From assembly GCA_035646535.1 (NCBI GenBank), contig DASRPD010000098.1, forward strand, positions 33,827-97,826: a DNA stretch of 64,000 nt. The letters are read 5' to 3'. Shown here piece by piece: positions 50,435 through 58,291 of this stretch. The DNA comes from Acidimicrobiia bacterium (GTDB lineage Bacteria; Actinomycetota; Acidimicrobiia; IMCC26256; JANYLB01). The position numbers and the translations under genes are program-made. Positions within the stretch are counted from its first letter, which is position 1. Each line of letters opens with the position of its first letter. Under the pieces are notes generated by a model that was not told the origin of the DNA, ran no database searches, and saw only the letters and a list, made by a program, of their open reading frames with translations.

Positions 50435-50527
50435 GCTGCTCCGCCTCCTCGGTTGCCGGACGCGGCGGGTGAGCACCCCGAATGGCTACCGAGGGACGAA
50501 CGGTACTCGCGGCGGTAGGGTGCCGCC

Positions 50528-51349
50528 GTGTACGACACGCTCGCCATCGAGCGCCACGGTCCGGTCGGCTGGCTGGTCTTCGACCGCCCCGACCGGGCCA
50601 ACGCGATGGACGCGCGCATGCTGGCCGAGCTCGAGCCGGCATGGCGTGAGCTGAACGCCGACCCGGATGTGCGGGTCATCGTCAACACGGGTGCCGGCGC
50701 CGCGTTCCAGACCGGTCTCGACGTCGGCCAGCTCAGTCGTGACCCTGATGCATTGCGGGAACAGTCCCGGCGGACCCGGCGGGCCGAGCTGGCGCTGACG
50801 GCGTGGCACAACGGAGTCGACAAGCCGGTCATCGCGGCGGTGAACGGCGTCTGCGCCGGTGGTGGGCTCCACTTCGTTGCCGACGCCGACATCGTCATCG
50901 CGTCGTCGTCGGCGACGTTCTTGGATCCTCACGTGTCCGTCGGTCAGGTCAGCGCGTTCGAGACGATCGGGCTGGCCCGCAAGATGCCGGCAGAGGCGGT
51001 CATGCGGATGGCGCTGGTGGGCCGCCACGAACGGATCAGCGCGGCGCGTGCACACCAGCTCGGCATGGTCAGCGAGGTCGTGGATCCTCCCGAGGCACTT
51101 CGCGAGACGGCGCAGCGGCTCGGTGAGCTGATCGCCCAGAACTCTCCGGCCGCGCTCGCGGCGACGAAGCGGGCCCTGTGGGGCGCGCTCGAGGAGGGCC
51201 TCACCGACGCGTGTCGCACCGGCGCGCGCGAGCTCGCCTCCCTCTGGGGTCATCCGGATCGGCTGGAAGGGCCCGCCGCGTTCGCGGCGGGCCGGGCACC
51301 CGTCTGGCAGCCGCCGGCCGTCTCCGAGCGGGATCGGAGTGACCCATGA
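50528..51349 (+). CDS. enoyl-CoA hydratase/isomerase family protein
   Basis: 273-aa ORF (GTG start) with GPVGWLVFDRPDRANAM and KPVIAAVNGVCAGGGLHF. An ATGA overlap links it to the following P450. Confidence 0.85.
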   Translation: MYDTLAIERHGPVGWLVFDRPDRANAMDARMLAELEPAWRELNADPDVRVIVNTGAGAAFQTGLDVGQLSRDPDALREQSRRTRRAELALTAWHNGVDKPVIAAVNGVCAGGGLHFVADADIVIASSSATFLDPHVSVGQVSAFETIGLARKMPAEAVMRMALVGRHERISAARAHQLGMVSEVVDPPEALRETAQRLGELIAQNSPAALAATKRALWGALEEGLTDACRTGARELASLWGHPDRLEGPAAFAAGRAPVWQPPAVSERDRSDP

Positions 51350-52539
51350 TCGACCTCTACGACTCCGCGACCTACGAGCACGCGCCGCCGCACGCCGAGC
51401 TCGAGCGCCTTCGGCGGGAGGATCCGGTGCACTTCCAGCCCATGCCGGACGGCACCGGCTACTGGGCGGTGCTCCGCTACGCCGACCTGGTCAACGTGGC
51501 GCGCCACCCGAACCTCTACTCGGCCGAGCTCGGTGGCGTCGTGCTCGAGGACCTCCCCCCGGAATCACTCGCCATGATGCGCGACATGTTGCTCGCGATG
51601 GACCCACCGCGACACCTCGACCACCGCCGCAACATCGCCCCGCGGTTCACGCCGGCGGTCATCGGTCAGCTCGAGGGGCGGATCCGGACGATCTGCCGCT
51701 CGATCCTCTCCGGGATTGTCGACGGATCCGAAGTCGACTTCGTCCACGACGTGTGCGCGCACGTTCCTTCACAGGTCGTGGGCGAGCTCGTCGGGATCCC
51801 GCGCGAGGACTGGCCTCGTATCCACGCGTGGTCGGAGCGCAACTCCGGCGGCCAGGATCCCGAGATCGCGGCCGCCGACGCCGACGCGGCAATGTCGGCC
51901 ACCGTCGAGATGGCGATGTACGCGATCGAGCTCGCCGGTCGGCGTCGTGCCGAGCCGGCCGATGACCTCATCACCCATCTCCTGGGTTGCGAGGTCGACG
52001 GTCACACGATGACCGATGTCGAGCTCGGCAGCTTCTTCGTGCAGCTCGTCACCGCCGGCAACGACACCACCCGCACGATGCTTTCCTCCGGTCTGGCCGC
52101 GCTGTTGGAACACCCTGATCAGCTCGCCATCGTGCGGGGTGATCGGGCTTCGATTCCCGGGGCGGTCGAAGAGATCCTGCGGTGGGCCAACCCGCTGCAC
52201 TATTTCCGTCGCACCACGACCGCGGCGACCGAGCTCGCGGGCCGATCTATCGCCGCGGGCGACAAGGTGGCGATGATGTACACGTCCGCGAATCGCGACG
52301 ACGCGGTGTTCTCCGATCCTCACCGTTTCGACGTGCGACGCGATCCCAACCCGCACCTGTCGTTCGGTACCGGCGAGCACTTCTGCCTCGGCGTGCACCT
52401 CGCTCGGCTGGAGGGGCGCGTGTTCTTCGAGGAGCTGTTCGACGAGTTCCGCGCGATCGAGCTCGTGGGGACACCCCGCCGACAGCGTTCCAACCTCAAC
52501 AACGCCCTCAAGGTGCTGCCGGTACGCCTGAGTCGCTGA
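51346..52539 (+). CDS. cytochrome P450
   Basis: 397-aa ORF with AGNDTT, EEILRW and FGTGEHFCLGVHLARLE. Confidence 0.9.
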   Translation: MIDLYDSATYEHAPPHAELERLRREDPVHFQPMPDGTGYWAVLRYADLVNVARHPNLYSAELGGVVLEDLPPESLAMMRDMLLAMDPPRHLDHRRNIAPRFTPAVIGQLEGRIRTICRSILSGIVDGSEVDFVHDVCAHVPSQVVGELVGIPREDWPRIHAWSERNSGGQDPEIAAADADAAMSATVEMAMYAIELAGRRRAEPADDLITHLLGCEVDGHTMTDVELGSFFVQLVTAGNDTTRTMLSSGLAALLEHPDQLAIVRGDRASIPGAVEEILRWANPLHYFRRTTTAATELAGRSIAAGDKVAMMYTSANRDDAVFSDPHRFDVRRDPNPHLSFGTGEHFCLGVHLARLEGRVFFEELFDEFRAIELVGTPRRQRSNLNNALKVLPVRLSR

Positions 52540-52554
52540 CCGCCCCGGCTAGGG

Positions 52555-53904
52555 CTAGGGGGCCGGCGTCGTCGTGGTCGTCGTGGTCGTCGAGGTGGTG
52601 GTCGTCGTGGACGTCGTCGTGGTGGTCGGCGCGGTCGTCGACGTGGTCGATGACGAGGTCGTGGTGGTGGGTTCCGGTCCCGAGCTCACCTTGAGGATCA
52701 CGACGCTGTTGCGCGGCACGTCCGCGTTTGGCATCGGGGACTGAGCGAAGACGAGGTTCAGCCCGAAATCCTCGTTCGACTCGAGCTGCACCGACGGGCT
52801 CAGCTTGGCGCTGGTGATCTCCGCGACTGCCTCGGCGCGGGTCAGGCCCACCACGGGTGGGACGCTCACTCGGTTGGCGTCGCTCGCGTTGGTGTCACGA
52901 AACGCCCACCAGACGAGCCCACCGAGGACCAAGCCGAGCACGACGATCGCGGCAACGAGCCACGGCATCCGGCTCTTGCGGGTCGGCTCCGGGGTCGGTG
53001 TCTTGGCCGTCGGCAGCACGGTCGTCGGTGCCGCGGAGACCGGCGCAATGGCCGCCACGGTTGCGGGCTCGCTCAGGGGAACGTGCATCGTCGCCGAGAC
53101 GCGCCGCAGATCATTCGAGACCTCTCGCGCGCTGGCGTAGCGGCGCGTCGGATCTGTTTCGAGCAGTCGTTCGACGAGCGCGTCCAACGCGGGCGGGACT
53201 CCGGCCACCTTCGTCGAGGGTGCGGGTGGCTTGCCCGCGAGCTTCTGCTCGGTGAGCGCGACCGGGTCCGTGGCTGTGAACGGGGCGGCGCCGGTGATCG
53301 CCTCGTAGAGGACGATGCCGAGCGAGTAGAGGTCGCTGCGAGCATCGGCCGGTCGACCCTGGAGCTGTTCGGGAGCGGCGTAGCGGGCGGCGACGTCCGG
53401 CGCGATCTCGTAGCCGGCGAGTCCTGCGGTGGCGGTCCCGAAGTCCATGACCTTGACGCCGGCCTCCTCGGTGAGCAGGACGTCGGCGGGGCTCAACGAA
53501 CCGTGGACGGTTCCCGCTCGGTGCGCGGCGTCCAACCCGTCGGCGATGCCCATGCCGACCTCGGCCGACCGCCCGGGCGACAAGCGCGTCGACGTGGCGA
53601 GCGTGCTCGCGAGGTCAGAGCCGGGAACGTATTCCATGATGACGTACAGCGTTCCTGCGTCATCTCCCCAGTCGAACACCGTGACGACGTGAGGGTCCCG
53701 AACGGTTGCCGCCGCGGTGACCGCTTCTCGGAGCCGGGGGGCCACGGCGGGGTTGGCGGCGAGGCTCGGGGCGAGGACCTTGGCCGCCACCGTTCGGTCG
53801 AGCTCGCGGTCGTGGGCCAGGTACACCGCTGCGGTCGATGACTGCGAGAGAAGCTGTCGGAGCTCGTAGCGGCCGCCGAGCGCACCCGGGGGTGCCTGGG
53901 TCAT
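52555..53904 (-). CDS. transmembrane Ser/Thr protein kinase with one PASTA domain and a Thr/Ser-rich C-terminal tail
   Basis: The kinase core has GRYELRQLL..AAVYLAHD, HGSLSPADVLL and DFG. There is one TM segment (PWLVAAIVVLGLVLGGLVWW) and one PASTA domain (VPPVVGLTRAEAVAEITSAKL...VVILKVSSG). I prefer the start at ATG 53904 (MTQAPPGALGG). An in-frame GTG at 53928 is the alternative. Confidence 0.85.
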   Translation of the reverse strand: MTQAPPGALGGRYELRQLLSQSSTAAVYLAHDRELDRTVAAKVLAPSLAANPAVAPRLREAVTAAATVRDPHVVTVFDWGDDAGTLYVIMEYVPGSDLASTLATSTRLSPGRSAEVGMGIADGLDAAHRAGTVHGSLSPADVLLTEEAGVKVMDFGTATAGLAGYEIAPDVAARYAAPEQLQGRPADARSDLYSLGIVLYEAITGAAPFTATDPVALTEQKLAGKPPAPSTKVAGVPPALDALVERLLETDPTRRYASAREVSNDLRRVSATMHVPLSEPATVAAIAPVSAAPTTVLPTAKTPTPEPTRKSRMPWLVAAIVVLGLVLGGLVWWAFRDTNASDANRVSVPPVVGLTRAEAVAEITSAKLSPSVQLESNEDFGLNLVFAQSPMPNADVPRNSVVILKVSSGPEPTTTTSSSTTSTTAPTTTTTSTTTTTSTTTTTTTTPAP

Positions 53905-53924
53905 CGGGGTGCCTGGGTCATCGG
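53891..53924. repeat. perfect 17-bp tandem duplication spanning the kinase start codon
   Basis: GGTGCCTGGGTCATCGG lies at 53891-53907 and 53908-53924. On the coding strand this is CCGATGACCCAGGCACC x2, which duplicates the ATG. Confidence 0.9.
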
Positions 53925-54036
53925 GCACTCGACGCTAGCCGCCGCCCACCGCGACCGCTCGGACCAGAAACCGCGCCATGCCACCTACGCCACAGCGACG
54001 GCTCACGGCCCGTCGGGCCGGTCGGGAAGCGCGCGG

Positions 54037-54783
54037 CTAGTAGCGGCCGAGGATGCCGCGACGCGGCAGCTCTTCACCCACGAGCAGGTTCCGGCTGCAG
54101 TCGAGCCGCACCTGCATCACGAGGAACCCGGCGCCGAGCAGGACGAACAGCGTCGCGACGGCGGCGAGGAATCGGGTGTCGGCACCGGTGAGGGCCAGCG
54201 AGCCACTCTTCACGGTCGTGGCGGGCTTGGCCGCCGCCGTGCCGGCGGCCTGGGTGGATACCGGGTCGACGACCGGCTCGGTGTTGCCGGCGGGTGGGTT
54301 CTCACCGCCGGCCGAGATCACGGTCGGGTTGGTGGGCGCACAGTTGAACTCGGGGATGTGGAACGTGATGCTGCCGCCGCCCTCGACCTGCAGGGTGACG
54401 TCACGGCCCGGCGCGCGCGGGTCGGCGACCAGGTGCACGAGCATCCCCTTGCCCGCGGGTATCGGCCCGCCCGGCGTGTAGGTCACGCGCGCCTGCGGGT
54501 CCGAGACGAACACGCTGACCGGAGAGCTGTTGAAGTTGCGGACGTTGAGCCGCGAGTGCTGGTTCCCGTTGTCGCACATCTGCGAGTACAGGATGACGCG
54601 CACCCCGCTCACGGATTGCGTTCCCGGGTCGCTGCGCCGCGGTGTGCTCGCGCCGACCGGTGCAGCGAGCACAGAGAGTGCGAGCGCGCCGATCACAGCC
54701 GCGACGGATGTACGAACCAAGGCGACCAGCGTACGGGGACGCCGACCCCAAGCACCATCCATGGATCCTCCCGTATCGGACAT
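54037..54783 (-). CDS. secreted protein with a C-terminal LAxTG-like sorting signal
   Basis: 248-aa ORF. The signal peptide is RTLVALVRTSVAAVIGALALSVLAAPVGAS. The C-terminal LALTG is followed by a hydrophobic helix (FLAAVATLFVLLGAGFLVM) and a basic tail. Confidence 0.7.
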   Translation of the reverse strand: MSDTGGSMDGAWGRRPRTLVALVRTSVAAVIGALALSVLAAPVGASTPRRSDPGTQSVSGVRVILYSQMCDNGNQHSRLNVRNFNSSPVSVFVSDPQARVTYTPGGPIPAGKGMLVHLVADPRAPGRDVTLQVEGGGSITFHIPEFNCAPTNPTVISAGGENPPAGNTEPVVDPVSTQAAGTAAAKPATTVKSGSLALTGADTRFLAAVATLFVLLGAGFLVMQVRLDCSRNLLVGEELPRRGILGRY

Positions 54784-54875
54784 TACCCCCTCGTCATGCG
54801 TTTGTCATGGGTCGGGTGCCGTGATGGCGGCGACCCGCGTCGAGAGGCGGCAAAAACCGTGTCCTACCAACACCG

Positions 54876-56360
54876 ATGGACGTCATGACCGCGGCCCCGG
54901 GCCGGCCCCGGGCCGGGCTCGGGCCGGCCGATTGGCGAAACCTAGACTCCGCGGCCGTGCGAGGAATCGTGAGCGCGGCCGGGTACATCCCCTTCCGCCG
55001 CCTGGCCCGGGCCGACATCCGGGCAACGTTCGGTGCGGGCGGCGGTGCCGGCACCCGCTCGGTCGCGTCCTACGACCAGGACACGACGACGCTTGGGGTC
55101 GAGGCCGCCCGGCTCGTCCGGCGAGGCGGTAGCGACGGGGGCGGGGTGCCGGCGGTCGACGCGCTCTGGTTTGCGACCGCGAACCCCGCGTATCTCGACA
55201 AGACCAACGCGGCGGCCATCCATGCCGCGCTGCGCCTCGACACGGCGACGCCGGCGTTCGACTTCGGCGGCGCGCTGCGCTCCGGCATCGGCGCACTCCG
55301 TGCGGCTCTCGACGGCCGGGGCGCGACGCTCGTGGTGAGCTCGGACATGCGGACCGGGCTGCCCACGAGTCCGGATGAGTCCGCCGGGGGTGACGGCGCC
55401 GCCGCGATCCTCGTCGGCGACGACTCCGACGGCCCGCTCCTGGCTGAGTACCTCGGGGCTGCGTCGGCGACCGAGGAGTTCATCGACCGGTGGCGCACGC
55501 CCGGCGCGCTCCGTTCGAAGGCGTGGGAAGAGCGCTTCGGCGAGACGAAGTACGGCCCGCTCGGCGAGCGGGCCTGGCGCGAGGCGCTGGCGGCCGCCGG
55601 CATCGAGGCCGGCGACGTCGAGTCTGTCGTGGCCACGGGACTTCACGCCCGCGCGACGCGCGCGTTGGCCCGCATGCTCGGGGTCGACGCGACACGAGTC
55701 GTGGATGACCTCGCGACGACCGTCGGCAACACCGGCACCGCCCACGCGGGACTGTTGTTGGCGAGTGCGCTCGAGTTGGCGACGCCGGGACAAGTGATCG
55801 CGCTCGTCGGTCTCGCCGATGGGGTCGACGTGCTCATCTTCCGCGCGACCGATGCAGTCGTCCGACGGGTTCCGGCTCGGTCGGTGCAGTCCCAGATCGA
55901 CGAGGGCGCACCGGTCGCGTACGGCACGTTCCTCTCGTGGCGTCAGATGGTGGAGCTCGAACCGCCGCGGCGCCCCGAGCCGGCGCGGGTGTCGGCCGCG
56001 GCCGCCGGCCGATCGGAGGATTGGAAGTTCGGGTTCGTCGGTTCGCTCGACGAACACGGCACGCCACAGCTGCCGCCGGTGCCGGGCGCGAGGCGCGTAC
56101 CGATGGCGGACGCGCCGGCCACGATCGTCACGTTCACGGTTGATCGCCTCGCGTACTCGCCGAGTCCACCGATCGTGTTCGCCGTCGTCGATTTCGACGG
56201 TGGTGGACGGTTTCCGGTCGAGCTCACCGACGTCGACGCCGAGAAGGTCGCGATCGGTGACCGGGTCGAGATGACATTCCGGCGTCTGTCCACCGCGGAT
56301 GGCATCCACAACTACTTCTGGAAGGCGCGCCCGATCCCGGGTGCGTCCGAAGGGGAATGA
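54876..56360 (+). CDS. HMG-CoA-synthase-like (thiolase-fold) domain fused to a DUF35 OB-fold domain; the protein contains no cysteine
   Basis: HMGCS-like blocks are GIVSAAGYIPFRRL, SYDQDTTTLGVEAA, LWFATANPAYLDKTNAA, GDGAAAILVG and VGNTGTAHAGLLLASAL. The C-terminal OB fold is ATIVTFTVDRLAYSPSPPIVFAVVDFDGGGRFPVELTDV..IGDRVEMTF. The true start may be GTG 54957 or 54969. Confidence 0.75.
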   Translation: MDVMTAAPGRPRAGLGPADWRNLDSAAVRGIVSAAGYIPFRRLARADIRATFGAGGGAGTRSVASYDQDTTTLGVEAARLVRRGGSDGGGVPAVDALWFATANPAYLDKTNAAAIHAALRLDTATPAFDFGGALRSGIGALRAALDGRGATLVVSSDMRTGLPTSPDESAGGDGAAAILVGDDSDGPLLAEYLGAASATEEFIDRWRTPGALRSKAWEERFGETKYGPLGERAWREALAAAGIEAGDVESVVATGLHARATRALARMLGVDATRVVDDLATTVGNTGTAHAGLLLASALELATPGQVIALVGLADGVDVLIFRATDAVVRRVPARSVQSQIDEGAPVAYGTFLSWRQMVELEPPRRPEPARVSAAAAGRSEDWKFGFVGSLDEHGTPQLPPVPGARRVPMADAPATIVTFTVDRLAYSPSPPIVFAVVDFDGGGRFPVELTDVDAEKVAIGDRVEMTFRRLSTADGIHNYFWKARPIPGASEGE

Positions 56361-56371
56361 GGAGCGCCGTC

Positions 56372-57562
56372 ATGGGTTCGCACGGCATCAAGGATCGGGT
56401 CGCGATCGTCGGGATGGGATGCACGCGCTTCGGGGAGCGATTCGATTGTGGCCTCGATGATCTGATCATCGAAGCCGCGACCCAGACCTACGAACACGCC
56501 GGGATCGACCGCGACGACGTCGACGCGTACTGGTTCGGCACGGCCCAGAGCGGGATGAGCGGCATCACGCTGGCGCGGCCGCTGGGGCTCCAGGACAAGC
56601 CGGTGACCCGGGTCGAGAACTTCTGCGCGACCGGTTCGGAGGCGCTGCGCCAGGCCGCCTACGCCGTGGCCTCGGGCGCGTACGACGTGGCGATGGCCGT
56701 GGGCGCGGAGAAGGTCAAGGACAGCGGCTACGCGGGCCTGAACGCGTTTCCGGTCCCGTCCGACGGCACGGGTCGGACGCTCACCGCGGCCGCGATGTTC
56801 AGCATGGTCGCGCCCGCCTACGGCGAGAGGTACGGCGTGGACGAGGCGGCGATGCGCGAGGTCCTCGCGCGGATCGCGTGGAAGAACCACTACAACGGAG
56901 CGCGGAATCCGCTCGCGCAGTTCCGCAAGGAGCTGACGACCGAGCGGATTGCGGGCTCACCACCGGTGGCCGGTTTGCTGGGAGTGCTCGACTGCGCGGG
57001 TGTTGCCGACGGTGCGGCGGCGGCCATCGTGGTGCGAGCCGAGGACGCCCGGCGATACACCGATCGTCCGGTGTTCGTGAAGGCGCTCTCGTTCGTCGCC
57101 GGAAACGGCTCGGGTCTCGGCGACCCCGACTACGACTACACGCACTTCCCGGAGGTGGCTGTCAGCGCGCGCGACGCGTACGCACAGGCCGGCATCACCG
57201 ACCCGCGCGCCGAGCTCGCGATGGCCGAGGTCCACGATTGCTTCACGCCGACCGAGCTGGTCCTGATGGAAGACCTCGGTTTCTCGGCGCGCGGGAAGGC
57301 GTGGGAGGACGTGCTCGCCGGCGTGTTCGATCTCGACGGTGCCCTGCCGGTGAACCCGGACGGCGGGTTGAAGAGCTTCGGTCACCCCGTCGGTGCCTCC
57401 GGATTGCGCATGTTCTACGAATGCTGGCTCCAGCTGCGGGGAGAGGCACCGCCCGAGCGCCGGATCGTCGGCGAGCGGAGTCTCGCGTTGACGCACAACC
57501 TGGGTGGCTACCCGGGGGAGATGGTCAGCTTCGTGGGGATCGTGGGGAACCAGCCGGGCTAG
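56372..57562 (+). CDS. SCP-x / nonspecific lipid-transfer-type thiolase
   Basis: [22 protein letters not shown] is preceded by GAGGAG at 56360-65. The nucleophile context is [12 protein letters not shown], with HDCFT and GHPVGASG also present. An alternative ATG at 56357 forms an ATGA overlap with the upstream gene. Confidence 0.85.
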   Translation: MGSHGIKDRVAIVGMGCTRFGERFDCGLDDLIIEAATQTYEHAGIDRDDVDAYWFGTAQSGMSGITLARPLGLQDKPVTRVENFCATGSEALRQAAYAVASGAYDVAMAVGAEKVKDSGYAGLNAFPVPSDGTGRTLTAAAMFSMVAPAYGERYGVDEAAMREVLARIAWKNHYNGARNPLAQFRKELTTERIAGSPPVAGLLGVLDCAGVADGAAAAIVVRAEDARRYTDRPVFVKALSFVAGNGSGLGDPDYDYTHFPEVAVSARDAYAQAGITDPRAELAMAEVHDCFTPTELVLMEDLGFSARGKAWEDVLAGVFDLDGALPVNPDGGLKSFGHPVGASGLRMFYECWLQLRGEAPPERRIVGERSLALTHNLGGYPGEMVSFVGIVGNQPG

Positions 57563-57568
57563 ATGCCG

Positions 57569-57761
57569 TTGGCAGGTGAGGGGCTGGTATTATGGATGGG
57601 TCTCGGCGAGCCGTCGGGTGAGTGGTCCCGCAACGGGCACGCCAGCTCTTCGCTTCTCAGTGAGATCTCGCGCCGCACATCGTGTGACGTGGGGAGTCGA
57701 GGCAATCTCAGAACGAAACGATTCAGCAACTGACGACTCAGCAACAGGGAGAGCAAAGAAA
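57569..57761 (+). promoter_or_regulatory. cspA promoter candidate and long (about 160 nt) lower-GC 5' UTR
   Basis: TTGGCA lies at 57569-57574 and TATTAT at 57588-57593; the 13-nt spacer is suboptimal. The UTR contains the direct repeat TCAGCAAC (57723-57730 and 57738-57745) and an AGGGAGAG SD. Confidence 0.4.
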
Positions 57762-57962
57762 ATGGCAACCGGATCAGTCAAGTGGTTCAACGCAGAAAAG
57801 GGCTACGGCTTCATTTCGCGTGAAGATGGTGACGACGTGTTCGTCCACTTCTCGGCCATCCAGGGGACGGGCTACCGCTCGCTGGACGAGGGTCAGAAGG
57901 TCGAGTTCGACGTCGCCCCAGGTCGCAAGGGCGAGGAAGCACAAAACGTCCGGATGGTCTGA
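57762..57962 (+). CDS. cspA: cold-shock protein (CspA family)
   Basis: [33 protein letters not shown] carries the RNP1 (KGYGFI) and RNP2 (VFVHF) motifs. 66 aa. Confidence 0.95.
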   Translation: MATGSVKWFNAEKGYGFISREDGDDVFVHFSAIQGTGYRSLDEGQKVEFDVAPGRKGEEAQNVRMV

Positions 57963-57991
57963 GCTGAGGGCGCCAAGCACGGGAGGGTCTG

Positions 57992-58270
57992 ATGGCCAGA
58001 AAGAGTCGAGCCACGTTCGCGAAGCGGGAGAAAGAACGCGCCCGTCAAGCCAAGCAGGCTGAGAAGCGTGCTCGGCGCCACCTGACTCCGGATCCGACGT
58101 CAGTGCCGATGCCCGAGCCCGTGCCTACGTTCAGCTTCGGTCCAGAGGAAGCGAACGCGGACGAGCCGGGCGTCGGCGCCGATGTCGATGTCGATACCGA
58201 TGTCGACATCGACGAGCCCAGTGCCGGAGCCGACGAGTCGGCCGCCGGCGTCGACGGATCGAGCGTCTGA
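57992..58270 (+). CDS. small bipartite charged protein (basic N-terminus, acidic C-terminus), hypothetical
   Basis: GGGAGGG lies 7 nt upstream of the ATG. MARKSRATFAKREKERARQAKQAEKRARR is followed by ..GADVDVDTDVDIDEPSAGADE.. Confidence 0.55.
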   Translation: MARKSRATFAKREKERARQAKQAEKRARRHLTPDPTSVPMPEPVPTFSFGPEEANADEPGVGADVDVDTDVDIDEPSAGADESAAGVDGSSV

Positions 58271-58291
58271 GGGAAACCGGTGCTGTCGTCC

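Noticed and set aside
47851-53924. Short tandem repeats (16-bp x2 at 47851; 17-bp x2 at 53891) as a possible CRISPR or VNTR array
   Set aside because: There are only two copies each, with no spacers and no cas genes. They are better explained as local duplications in a promoter and at a start codon.
54942-56309. 455-aa minus-strand ORF
   Set aside because: It is antisense to the HMGCS-like::DUF35 gene. It is Arg-rich with no motifs.
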